From positions 71,127-103,126 of the forward strand of contig JAWDOO010000002.1 of NCBI GenBank assembly GCA_046533775.1: a DNA stretch of 32,000 nt. The letters run 5' to 3'. Position numbers and translations under genes: made by a program. Under the pieces are notes generated by a model, which was not told the origin of the DNA, ran no database searches, and was given only the letters and a program-made list of their open reading frames with translations. This stretch comes from Candidatus Nanopusillus sp. GTDB taxonomy: Archaea > Nanobdellota > Nanobdellia > Nanobdellales > Nanobdellaceae. Every line of letters starts with the position of its first letter. The stretch's first letter is position 1. This document shows, one piece after another, positions 17,275 through 25,851 of the stretch.

Positions 17275-17793
17275 TTCTTCTTCTATTTCTTTTAATTTTT
17301 CTCCCAAATTATATATAGAATCTCTTCCCTTTACAGTTATTAAATTTCTATCTACTACATAATCTGCATTTGTTACTAATTTTACTCCAAAATCTGGAAA
17401 AAATTTTAAATATTGCGGATATTCATCATAATTATATGTTATTGTTCTTCCAGCCAATAAACCAGATTTTAAAAAAGCTATTTGGGATAGAGAAGATAAT
17501 ATAACTGTCCTATATGAATTTATAAATCTTGTAAATATTGCTTGAGATTCTACACTTAAAAATTCTTTGTATCCTTCATCAGAAATATATATTAACCTAT
17601 CAAAATGGTTTTCTTTCATTAAAAATATTTCATGTATATCAAAATCTGGTAATACTTTACTTTTATATTTTCCTATTCCAATTTTTCTATTTTTTATAGC
17701 AATATATGTTCTACCATCCAATATATCTAAAAAGTTAAAAAGATCGTCTTCATCAAATCCTTTGCTTGATAATATTATTAAATTCATTTTCAT
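17254..17793 (-). CDS. DJ-1/PfpI-fold protein lacking the nucleophile Cys
   Basis: 179 aa, alignable by eye along its length to PfpI: MNLIILSSKGFDEDDL, then TVILSSLSQIAFLKSGLLAGRTIT against the PfpI block ASICHGPQILISAGVLRGRKGT, then YVVDRNLITVKG. The Cys-His pair is replaced by Ser-Leu. Confidence 0.55.
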   Translation of the reverse strand: MKMNLIILSSKGFDEDDLFNFLDILDGRTYIAIKNRKIGIGKYKSKVLPDFDIHEIFLMKENHFDRLIYISDEGYKEFLSVESQAIFTRFINSYRTVILSSLSQIAFLKSGLLAGRTITYNYDEYPQYLKFFPDFGVKLVTNADYVVDRNLITVKGRDSIYNLGEKLKEIEEELKRITI

Positions 17794-17857
17794 TAGATAT
17801 ATAAGTATCTTCTAATATATTAAAATTTTTATTTTCCAACATCTTTTAAATTGATAT

Positions 17858-19540
17858 ATGCAAAACATAAAAATTGATGATTTAAGGAATGAAAATATTG
17901 AGGATAATAAACATAAAATATTAGAAATAAAACTTATATTAGATAATCCAAATATAAAAATGGAACAAATATATTTTTGGCTTGTAGATTTTATTAGAGA
18001 TAGTTTAAAAATGGATATTAATAAATTATCAGATGATTTTACATCATCTGTTGCATCTTCATTTTTTGGAGAGATGGGTCAAAGATTATCAAATGTATTA
18101 AATAATGCAAGATCATTGGCAGAATTAATTAATGCATTGACAAGAACAATTATTTCTATTTTAAATGAATATAAACAGCTTTATTCAATATATGTTTTAT
18201 ACGAAAATTTATTATCAAAAAATAAAGAAGAAGCTATTGCAAGTTATACAGAATTAAAAGATAGATGGTTATCTTATGTTGATTCTACAAGGGGTGCAGG
18301 TGCTTTAAGGAATTTACAAACATCAAGGTTTCCAAGTATTGTAGATCTATTTTTTCTAGCAGAGCTAAAATCTGAATTAGAAAAACTTAAGAATAAAAAA
18401 TTAATAGGAGAAGAATTATATAATGAATTATTTAATAATCAAGAAAATACTGTTCCAAGAGATTTAAATGAATTATTTAATAATGGGATAATAAATAGAA
18501 GAATATATAATTTATTAAATAGTAGATTAATAGATTTTTATAGTTGGCTTGAAAATAATAAAAAAGTTTTATATGATAGAATAATTTTATTAAAATCTTA
18601 TTTAAAACATGAATTAAGCTCATTATTATATTATGTTGAATTTGCAAAACCATATTTTAAATTTGCAAGAAAATTATTACAAAGTCCTGATCAACCTGTA
18701 GATGTTGTAAATGCATTTGAAACAGCAATTATAAATATTTCATTAATAGCAAATCAAAATGAGATAAAAGTAAAAGAATATAACGAAAAAGAAGGAAAAG
18801 AAATAGAAAAGTCTTATATACCATTATATGAAATTGATATGAAAGCAAGAGCAATACCCACTGTAGTTGGAAGAACAGATTCATATACAAGAATGTATTC
18901 TTTCTTAGGAAGGATTGATATAGTACTTAGAGCATATTTAGTTGAAAAAGAAGAATATGATTCAATAATAATAAATCAGGAAAGTGAAGATTTAACATAT
19001 ATAACTGGATTAACAGATGATTATATAAAAAGTATGTCTGATTTAATTTTAGAAACATTTTTATATGATATAATAAAAAGTGATGAAAATTTATTAAAAA
19101 TAGTTGCTGAAAAATCTAATGTAAAACCAGAAGAAATAAAAAATGACCCTTATAAAATAAGATGGACAAGGGAACTTTTAGAAGAATTAGAAAAAGATGA
19201 AAAAATAAAAAGAGCATTATCAAGTATTACATGGATAAAAAAATATCTTGAAAGTGAAAAAAAAGAGAAAAAAGAAGATAAAAAGGAGGAAAAGAAAGAA
19301 GAAAAAAAAGAATCAAGTATTTCATTAATATTCCCAAATTTAGGAAATATTATAATATGGTTACTTAAATTTATATCAACTTTTGGCAAAGATATCACAA
19401 GTATTGAAAAAAATATAAAAAAGAAAAATATTGAAGAGGAAAAAAAATCAATAATTGATGAAACAAAAGAAAAGACAATAGATACTGCATGGAAAATATA
19501 TATGACATTTAAAAAGACATTCGGTATGTTAAATTATTAA
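17858..19540 (+). CDS. Large orphan protein (560 aa), mostly helical, with a K/E run and a C-proximal hydrophobic segment
   Basis: Uninterrupted 1.7-kb ORF with no motif I recognise. ESEKKEKKEDKKEEKKEEKKE is followed by SSISLIFPNLGNIIIWLLKFISTFG and then another charged helix. The next gene starts 24 bp downstream on the same strand. Confidence 0.65.
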   Translation: MQNIKIDDLRNENIEDNKHKILEIKLILDNPNIKMEQIYFWLVDFIRDSLKMDINKLSDDFTSSVASSFFGEMGQRLSNVLNNARSLAELINALTRTIISILNEYKQLYSIYVLYENLLSKNKEEAIASYTELKDRWLSYVDSTRGAGALRNLQTSRFPSIVDLFFLAELKSELEKLKNKKLIGEELYNELFNNQENTVPRDLNELFNNGIINRRIYNLLNSRLIDFYSWLENNKKVLYDRIILLKSYLKHELSSLLYYVEFAKPYFKFARKLLQSPDQPVDVVNAFETAIINISLIANQNEIKVKEYNEKEGKEIEKSYIPLYEIDMKARAIPTVVGRTDSYTRMYSFLGRIDIVLRAYLVEKEEYDSIIINQESEDLTYITGLTDDYIKSMSDLILETFLYDIIKSDENLLKIVAEKSNVKPEEIKNDPYKIRWTRELLEELEKDEKIKRALSSITWIKKYLESEKKEKKEDKKEEKKEEKKESSISLIFPNLGNIIIWLLKFISTFGKDITSIEKNIKKKNIEEEKKSIIDETKEKTIDTAWKIYMTFKKTFGMLNY

Positions 19541-19564
19541 ATTCAGAAATATCATTATATATAA

Positions 19565-21619
19565 ATGGATAATGAAGATAAAAAATATCCAAAAGAATTA
19601 TATAATAGAAGGATATCTACTAGCACAAGTCCTCAAAACGTAAATCAATTACAAGAATATTTATCAAAAATATCTGCTGGATATCCTGGAGTAGAAATAC
19701 AAACATTTAATTTTTCCGGACAATGGTCAAGAATACCAAGGCAAATATTTGAAGAAATTGCAAGAAATGCTAAGATAAATAATGTAGAAGTTACAATTCA
19801 TGCTCCTGAACAAGATTTTCAATTACCTGCGACAGATCAAAAATTGAATATAGAAGAAAATAATATAAAACAAATGGCCTATAAAGCATCAGTAATATTG
19901 GAGAGTGCAGAGATAATGTCAAAAATTTATGGAGAACCAATTAAAGTAAACATGCATGCCGGGGATGTTGCGCTAACAGAATGGGATGAAGATTTTGAAA
20001 GGAGATTAAAAGATGAATTATTAAAGAATGAAGAATTTAGAAAATCTTTTGCAGAAAAATTATATAGATTGGGATATATAACGTCAGAACAATATGGTAT
20101 ATTAACTAGTAAAAATATTGATAGAGAAACATTGGAAAAGAATGTACCATCATGGGCTTTTGCAAAACAGGAAGCCGCATATATTCATTTAAATGGAAAT
20201 TACGAATATATGGGATCTGTTATGCCTGGAAGATATTTATCTGGTGCTGTAGAAAGGGCAAGAAAACTTAATGTTGTTGATGAAATTTATAAAGAAAATG
20301 AAAAAGTTTGGATGAATATATTTAATGATATTGATAAGGATTTTAATGCAATAAAAAGATTATTAAATAACAATTACTTAATAACCTATTTTGGATATAG
20401 TACTGTAGATCAGGAAAAAATAGGAGAATTTTTATACGATCTAAAAAGATATAGATCATTTTTAGAAAAAGTAAAAGAATATATTGATACAATAGAGGAT
20501 AATATAAATGATATTGCAGATGAAAATTTAAGAAATGCCGCAAAAAATAGGATATCACAATATAAACAATATCTTGAAGAAAACTTGAAGAATATAGAAA
20601 ATTATGAATATGAAATATCAAAATTTGCAAAAGAAGTTGTACAAAACAATAATAGTCCTACATATAGAGACTATTTTAGGGATAAAATGTTTGATTTTAT
20701 AAATAATATAAGTTCATCTATAACAAACACAGATCATTTATTGTCCCAACTAAAAAATACGGTATTTTCAGAATTTCCAATCCCAATTGTAAAACCATAT
20801 CAAGAAGTTGCAACAAAAACAGCTCCAGAAGTAATAGCTGAAGGAGTTAGAATGCTAATTGAAAGGGAAATAAGTAGAAATCCAAATGAATGGTATAAGG
20901 ATTTTGATAAATATTTAAGTTATATAAATATTGAAGAATCATATCCTGGAGCACCCGCTACAAGACCAGATATATGGAAGAAATTATTAAATAATATAAG
21001 GGAAGAAGTAAAAAAAGTAATAGAAGAATATATGGAAAAATATCCTCAATTAAAAGATGAAATTGAGAAAAAATATGGTAGTGTAGATAATTTTGTTAAA
21101 GAAAGAATAGGAGCTACATTAGATGTTGGACATATAAAAATGTTTGAAAAATATGGATATAAGAAAGAAGATATATTAAAATGGGTTGAGGAAATTAAAC
21201 CAGAAATTAGGCATTTACATGTCCATGAATCACAAGCTGGAGAAGATACACATTTAGCATTAGGAATGGGATGGGATGACATTATTGCATCAGAATTAGA
21301 AAAACTTAGAGATATATTGGAGAATAAAAAAGTAACAATTGTACATGAGCCTGGTGGATATTATGCTAATAAATTTAATACAATGTATGGAAATGAATAT
21401 TATAATTTATTAGCAGGTGCTGGACCTTATAATATATATGGAAATATTATAAACCAATTTAATACAATGTTACCATATGGAGGAACACAAGTTATTCCAG
21501 AATATGTTCAATATACAAGATATTCTCCATATTCTATTTCAATATTCTCACAATTACCAATAGATCTTGGAGGAACAAGTAAAAGACAAGAAACATTTTC
21601 TGGAGAAAAAGCTGATTAA
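19565..21619 (+). CDS. Endonuclease IV / xylose-isomerase-like TIM-barrel protein with a ~300-aa internal helical insertion and a Y/N/G-rich tail
   Basis: Candidate ligand series in order: TIHAP (H79), NMHAG (H131), NIEESYPG (E457), LDVGH (D520, H523), HLHVHE (H550/552), GEDTH (D561, H563) and VHEPGG (E595). Residues ~140-450 are coiled-coil-like. Confidence 0.6.
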   Translation: MDNEDKKYPKELYNRRISTSTSPQNVNQLQEYLSKISAGYPGVEIQTFNFSGQWSRIPRQIFEEIARNAKINNVEVTIHAPEQDFQLPATDQKLNIEENNIKQMAYKASVILESAEIMSKIYGEPIKVNMHAGDVALTEWDEDFERRLKDELLKNEEFRKSFAEKLYRLGYITSEQYGILTSKNIDRETLEKNVPSWAFAKQEAAYIHLNGNYEYMGSVMPGRYLSGAVERARKLNVVDEIYKENEKVWMNIFNDIDKDFNAIKRLLNNNYLITYFGYSTVDQEKIGEFLYDLKRYRSFLEKVKEYIDTIEDNINDIADENLRNAAKNRISQYKQYLEENLKNIENYEYEISKFAKEVVQNNNSPTYRDYFRDKMFDFINNISSSITNTDHLLSQLKNTVFSEFPIPIVKPYQEVATKTAPEVIAEGVRMLIEREISRNPNEWYKDFDKYLSYINIEESYPGAPATRPDIWKKLLNNIREEVKKVIEEYMEKYPQLKDEIEKKYGSVDNFVKERIGATLDVGHIKMFEKYGYKKEDILKWVEEIKPEIRHLHVHESQAGEDTHLALGMGWDDIIASELEKLRDILENKKVTIVHEPGGYYANKFNTMYGNEYYNLLAGAGPYNIYGNIINQFNTMLPYGGTQVIPEYVQYTRYSPYSISIFSQLPIDLGGTSKRQETFSGEKAD

Positions 21620-21651
21620 TAATTTAAAAATGTTTTTAATTAGTTTTATTT

Positions 21652-23007
21652 ATGAACATAATAGATAAAATAATCTCATACTTACCAACTGTTGAAGAAC
21701 CAAAAAAATTATTATCTTTAAGAGAAAAAGTATATAATACATTACTAGTAGTTGCATTATATACTGTTTTAGCATCAATACCTTTATTTGGAATATCTCC
21801 AGAAGTTTCTGCAAGATTAGAACAATTTTTATGGTTATTTGGATCAAATTTAGGAACCTTAGCAAGTGTTGGAATTGCTCCAGTAGTTGTTGCTGGAATT
21901 TTTATGCAATTATTGGTTGGTCTTGGAATAATAAATATTGATATAAATACTGATGAAGGAAAAACAAAATTTGACAATTATGCAAGATTTATTGCATTAA
22001 TATTTATTATAATAGAAAGTATAATTTTAATTGTAAGTGGAAATATATCACCAAATATATTTTTAGGAATAGATCCAATAATTTTATATATTATTTTATT
22101 TTTACAATTATTTATTGGAGGACTTATTATATTATTATTAGATGATTTTTCATATAAATATGGAATTACATCTGGAATAAATATTATTATTTTAACTACA
22201 ATAAGTATTGCATTAGCTTTAAGATTATTCAATCCACTTTCTCCCCCATCTAGTTCACCAAGTCTATTTGCACAACCAACAGGTTATATACCAGAAGGAA
22301 TTTTATATCTATCACAGGGGAATATTAATTTGGGTCTTGCATTTTTATTTGCTGCAATGATTACAATTGGAATATTAATATTTGCAGTATATTTACAATC
22401 ACTAAAAATAGAAGTTCCATTATTATATTTAAATATTAATGGAGAAATTGTTAAATATCCAATACAATTATTATATACTTCTGTAATTCCTGCAATATTT
22501 ATTTATGCATTAATAATTGAATTACAATCTTTATTTGGTTTTAATCCAAATAATCCAATTGTTCAACTATTATCTCCACCAAATTTAATAATAAATATTG
22601 GACAGTTTGGAATTGATTATTTATATGTACCATTCAATATATTTCATATAATATTTTATTTTCTATTATTTACAATTGGCGGAATGTTTATATCTAAATT
22701 CTGGATATATTCTACAGGTTTAGATCCGAAAAATTTGGCAAATTATTTAACAAGCAATCCAAATTCTCCATTATATACAAGAGATCCAAGAATTGTAGAA
22801 GATATGTTAAGAAAATATATAGATCCCATAGGATATTTATCTGGATTTTTAATGGGACTACTAGCATCTTTGGGGGATATATTAAGTTCTGCAGTATCTG
22901 GGGTAAGCATATTATTATTAATAGTAATAGCTGGGCAGATATATAATGATTTGAAGAAAGTAGATGCATTATATTTAATACCATTAATTGGAAAATATCT
23001 AAAATGA
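21652..23007 (+). CDS. secY: Preprotein translocase subunit SecY
   Basis: 451 aa with 10 TM-like segments. The N-terminal LPTVEEPKKLLSLREKVYNTLLVVALYTVLASIPLFGI is typical of archaeal SecY/Sec61alpha. Confidence 0.9.
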   Translation: MNIIDKIISYLPTVEEPKKLLSLREKVYNTLLVVALYTVLASIPLFGISPEVSARLEQFLWLFGSNLGTLASVGIAPVVVAGIFMQLLVGLGIINIDINTDEGKTKFDNYARFIALIFIIIESIILIVSGNISPNIFLGIDPIILYIILFLQLFIGGLIILLLDDFSYKYGITSGINIIILTTISIALALRLFNPLSPPSSSPSLFAQPTGYIPEGILYLSQGNINLGLAFLFAAMITIGILIFAVYLQSLKIEVPLLYLNINGEIVKYPIQLLYTSVIPAIFIYALIIELQSLFGFNPNNPIVQLLSPPNLIINIGQFGIDYLYVPFNIFHIIFYFLLFTIGGMFISKFWIYSTGLDPKNLANYLTSNPNSPLYTRDPRIVEDMLRKYIDPIGYLSGFLMGLLASLGDILSSAVSGVSILLLIVIAGQIYNDLKKVDALYLIPLIGKYLK

Positions 23008-23627
23008 TAGATTTAATATTCTTCTATGTACTACTTTTAGTTATATTAGTAAATATAGTAATAAAAATAATTGAAAGAAAGACTGGAATAAGGGAACATC
23101 AGAAGAAATTACAAGAAATACAGAAAAAGTATATTGAAAGCTTTAAATCTGGAAAACTAGAAGAATTAAATAATATTATGGATGAATTTACAAAAATATA
23201 TTCAAAGATAATGAAACATACAATGATTGTTACCATATTTGGAATTATTATATTAATTTTTATTATTTTTGGATTTCAATCCGGATTTTATATTACAAAT
23301 ATAAATAATGCAACAAATATATTGATAACAAATCCAATATTATATAATCAAGATTTTGCTATATATTATAATAATAGTTTTCTAGGTTTTTATCATGCAA
23401 ATTACAATATAATAAATTTAAATGGAACATATGAAACAAAATTATTATCTGTAAATGTTATAACAAATACATTACCATTTAAATTACCAATAATAAATAT
23501 AAATTGGCTAAGTCCCTTACTTCTATATATAATATTATATATTTTAGTCCAGATTTCTTTATTAATATTTAATATTATTTACTCAAGATTTATAAAAAAA
23601 TCTAAAATAGATAATAAAAATGGCTAA
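23004..23627 (+). CDS. DUF106 / EMC3-YidC-like membrane insertase homologue with an Asn-rich inserted loop
   Basis: TM1, then a coiled coil (REHQKKLQEIQKKYIESFK...), then TM2 ... PFKLPIININWLSPLLLYIIL (TM3). It occupies the conserved archaeal position downstream of secY and upstream of rpl34e. Confidence 0.55.
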   Translation: MIDLIFFYVLLLVILVNIVIKIIERKTGIREHQKKLQEIQKKYIESFKSGKLEELNNIMDEFTKIYSKIMKHTMIVTIFGIIILIFIIFGFQSGFYITNINNATNILITNPILYNQDFAIYYNNSFLGFYHANYNIINLNGTYETKLLSVNVITNTLPFKLPIININWLSPLLLYIILYILVQISLLIFNIIYSRFIKKSKIDNKNG

Positions 23628-23889
23628 GACATATTTAATTAGAAAAACGCCATCTGGTAGAATATCTATAATTGTAAAATTAAAGAAAGGAAATATACCA
23701 AGATGCGCAATATGTGGAAGAAAATTGCAGGGATTACCATCATTGCATCCTTCAAAATATAGAAAATTAAATCTATCACAAAAAAGGGTTAGCAGAAAGT
23801 ATGGCGGGTATTTATGTCATAAATGCTTAGAAAATTTATTAAAGGAGAAGGTAAGAGAAAAAATAAAAATATTAAATTATAATCAATAA
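23620..23889 (+). CDS. rpl34e: 50S ribosomal protein L34e
   Basis: 89 aa with RKTPSGRISIIVKLKKGNIPRCAICGRKLQG ... RKYGGYLCHKC. Confidence 0.85.
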   Translation: MAKTYLIRKTPSGRISIIVKLKKGNIPRCAICGRKLQGLPSLHPSKYRKLNLSQKRVSRKYGGYLCHKCLENLLKEKVREKIKILNYNQ

Positions 23890-23891
23890 AG

Positions 23892-24257
23892 ATGTTACTA
23901 GACATCGGTAGAGTATGTATAAAATTAAAGGGAAGAGAAGCTGGAAGATATTGTGTAGTAATTGATGTAATTGATAATAATTTTGTATTAGTAGATGGAG
24001 ATATAAAAAGAAGAAGAGTAAATATAAAACATTTAGAACCTACAGATAAAGTATTAAACATAAATAAAGGAATAAAAACCGAAGATTTAATAAAAGAAAT
24101 GCTAAAAAATAAAATACCAGTATCGTACTGGAAATTAAAAAGAGAAAATTTATTAACAAGTGAAATAATAGAACTATATAAACAAAACTTTGGAGAAAAA
24201 TGGGAAGAAATTGCTAAATCTATTGGATCTCCAGGAAAAGGAAAATTGATAATATAG
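23892..24257 (+). CDS. rpl14e: 50S ribosomal protein L14e with a C-terminal extension
   Basis: IGRVCIKLKGREAGRYCVVIDVIDNNFVLVDGD..KRRRVNIKHLEPT (KOW). At 121 aa it is longer than usual. Confidence 0.8.
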   Translation: MLLDIGRVCIKLKGREAGRYCVVIDVIDNNFVLVDGDIKRRRVNIKHLEPTDKVLNINKGIKTEDLIKEMLKNKIPVSYWKLKRENLLTSEIIELYKQNFGEKWEEIAKSIGSPGKGKLII

Positions 24258-24329
24258 ATTTTTTATAATCTTTATAAATCATATTTGATAAGCATTGGCT
24301 TATATTTCCCGAGCTATATATTATGGTAC

Positions 24330-24497
24330 ATGGAAAGCAAGATGCTATCGAGCATATTTATAATTATAGGTACACTAGTAGAACTATATTTATTATGGAA
24401 TCCATCTTTTTTTAGCAATGAATATGTAAAATTTGCGGCTGGGAGTATTGTTGTTTTAGATGTACTTTCACTTTTGGAAATTTTATTGACTATATAA
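24330..24497 (+). CDS. Possible small two-TM membrane protein (55 aa from the first ATG)
   Basis: The ORF sits in an otherwise empty 264-bp gap. The track start at 24285 is TTG. It has two hydrophobic segments and no other support. Confidence 0.25.
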   Translation: MESKMLSSIFIIIGTLVELYLLWNPSFFSNEYVKFAAGSIVVLDVLSLLEILLTI

Positions 24498-24521
24498 TTT
24501 TTTTGATAATTTTATATTTTA

Positions 24522-24593
24522 GGGCCCGTAGTCTAGTGGTAGGATTCTGGCCTCGCTAGCCAGAGGTCCCGGGTTCAAATCCCGGCGGGTCCA
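24522..24593 (+). tRNA. tRNA-Ala (anticodon CGC), no encoded CCA, no intron
   Basis: Hand-folded: acceptor GGGCCCG/CGGGUCC including the G3:U70 alanine identity pair, anticodon stem CUGGC/GCCAG with loop CUCGCUA, and T arm CCGGG-UUCAAAU-CCCGG. Confidence 0.9.
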
Positions 24594-24625
24594 GATAATT
24601 ATATTAAAAATGTTAATATATTCTT

Positions 24626-25059
24626 CTATAAAATAAGCCTTCGGGTTTGTTTTGAAATCTCTGATTTAATAAATTTATACAAATATTCCGACAACATATC
24701 TTTTTCTTTTCCTTTTTCTATGCATTGACCTTTATTATAATCTTTTATAACTGATAATACGTAACCTACTGCAAGCATTCGAATTAGTTCCCTCTGTTCT
24801 GCTGGCATGTACTCAATTTCATTTAATATAGATTCTTCTAATAGGTAACTTGAAAGCTTTCCAGTAAATGGATGATATATTCCCAATTTTTCTCCTACTT
24901 TATCCATTATTTCTAACTCAGGAAGACTTGTATGGCAATATTCTTCGTATGTCTTATTAAAGGCAATTATGTATGCTATAATATTCGGTATTTTATATGA
25001 TACTCTCGTGTGTTATTGGATACTTCATTTTTTAATCTTTCATCTAAGTTGTCACTCAT
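24626..25059 (-). pseudogene. Decayed copy of the orphan gene at 25198-25728 (frameshift and internal deletion; a 93-aa C-terminal ORF survives)
   Basis: ATG at 25059 gives MSDNLDERLKNEVSNNTREYHIKYRIL then a stop at 24976-24978. Another frame continues ...KIPNIIAYIIAFNKTYEEYCHTSLPELEIMDKVGEKLGI... into ORF 24626-24907. Both pieces align to the intact neighbour (MSDNLDKRLEK..., NIPTIIGLIASS..., CLEKGKEKDL against CIEKGKEKDM). Confidence 0.65.
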
Positions 25060-25197
25060 TAATAATAATATAGAAAATATCCTTAAAATAAATAATTAAT
25101 GAAAATATACAAAAGTAGAAACCAAGATATATAGTTTTTAAGAACTTTATTGTACACTATTTATAAAATAATTTAATATTCTTCTTTTAAAAATACT

Positions 25198-25728
25198 TTA
25201 AAGTTTATAAGCTCTTATCTTATAAAATAAATTTTCCTTATAATCTTCCCAAGGTCTTATCTCCGGTTTAATATAATTAACTAGAGTTTCTACTATTAAG
25301 TCTTTTTCTTTACCTTTTTCTAGACATTCTTTGTTATTTTTAACTAAAACGACGTAAGTAGCTATAAGTCCATCGAAATCCATTAAACTATATTTATGGT
25401 CTCCTGATAAATATTCGGGTTTTTCAAGTTGTTCAACTATATATTTTGTGCTTTTATCATCTAACAAATAATGTGAAAGATCTTCAGTAATTCCTAATTT
25501 TTTACCTACTTCATTTAGTATTTCTTTAAAATCTTTAGAAGAGAGTTTTGTATTACATAATTTTTCATACCATTTAACAGAAGATGCTATAAGTCCTATA
25601 ATTGTTGGTATATTATATTCTTCTACATATCTTCTTTCATTATCTTTCCATTCTTTGACAACTACCATACCGTTATCTGACTGCTCATTAGATGTCTTTT
25701 CCAATCTTTTATCTAAGTTATCACTCAT
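25198..25728 (-). CDS. Orphan protein (177 aa from Met17 of the track ORF), intact member of the tandem pair
   Basis: The start was chosen at MSDNLDKRLEK because the sequence across this ATG, and a looser AT-rich stretch upstream, are shared with the neighbouring copy. I recognise no motif. Confidence 0.6.
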   Translation of the reverse strand: MSDNLDKRLEKTSNEQSDNGMVVVKEWKDNERRYVEEYNIPTIIGLIASSVKWYEKLCNTKLSSKDFKEILNEVGKKLGITEDLSHYLLDDKSTKYIVEQLEKPEYLSGDHKYSLMDFDGLIATYVVLVKNNKECLEKGKEKDLIVETLVNYIKPEIRPWEDYKENLFYKIRAYKL

Positions 25729-25851
25729 AAATGATAATATGAAAGAAATATTTAAAAAATTATAATTAAAGGTCAATCATTTAAATAAATTAAAAAAACA
25801 TTAAAATGAAATTTAATTAATTTTAAATAATCGTTAATAAAATAATTTTAT

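Noticed and set aside
19255-19320. Purine-rich aag/gaa repetitive stretch that could be mistaken for a tandem repeat or array
   Set aside because: It is in frame inside the 560-aa ORF and encodes a K/E low-complexity run. There is no spacer/repeat periodicity. I saw no CRISPR-like array anywhere in the window.
21636-22232. Minus-strand ORFs (113, 71 and 84 aa) opposite secY
   Set aside because: They are antisense shadows of a confidently identified SecY gene.
24285-24329. TTG-initiated N-terminal extension of the 70-aa track ORF
   Set aside because: Nothing supports a TTG start. If the ORF is real at all, the first ATG (24330) is more plausible, and the call is kept at low confidence.
16561-24593. 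Split or intron-containing tRNA genes of the nanoarchaeal type
   Set aside because: Both tRNAs fold as continuous, complete cloverleaves. No orphan GC-rich half-tRNA-like islands were seen elsewhere in the window.
24594-25200. Possible integrated element using tRNA-Ala as an att site
   Set aside because: I found no direct repeat of the tRNA 3' end downstream and no integrase or recombinase ORF. The region is kept only as a variable or duplicated locus.
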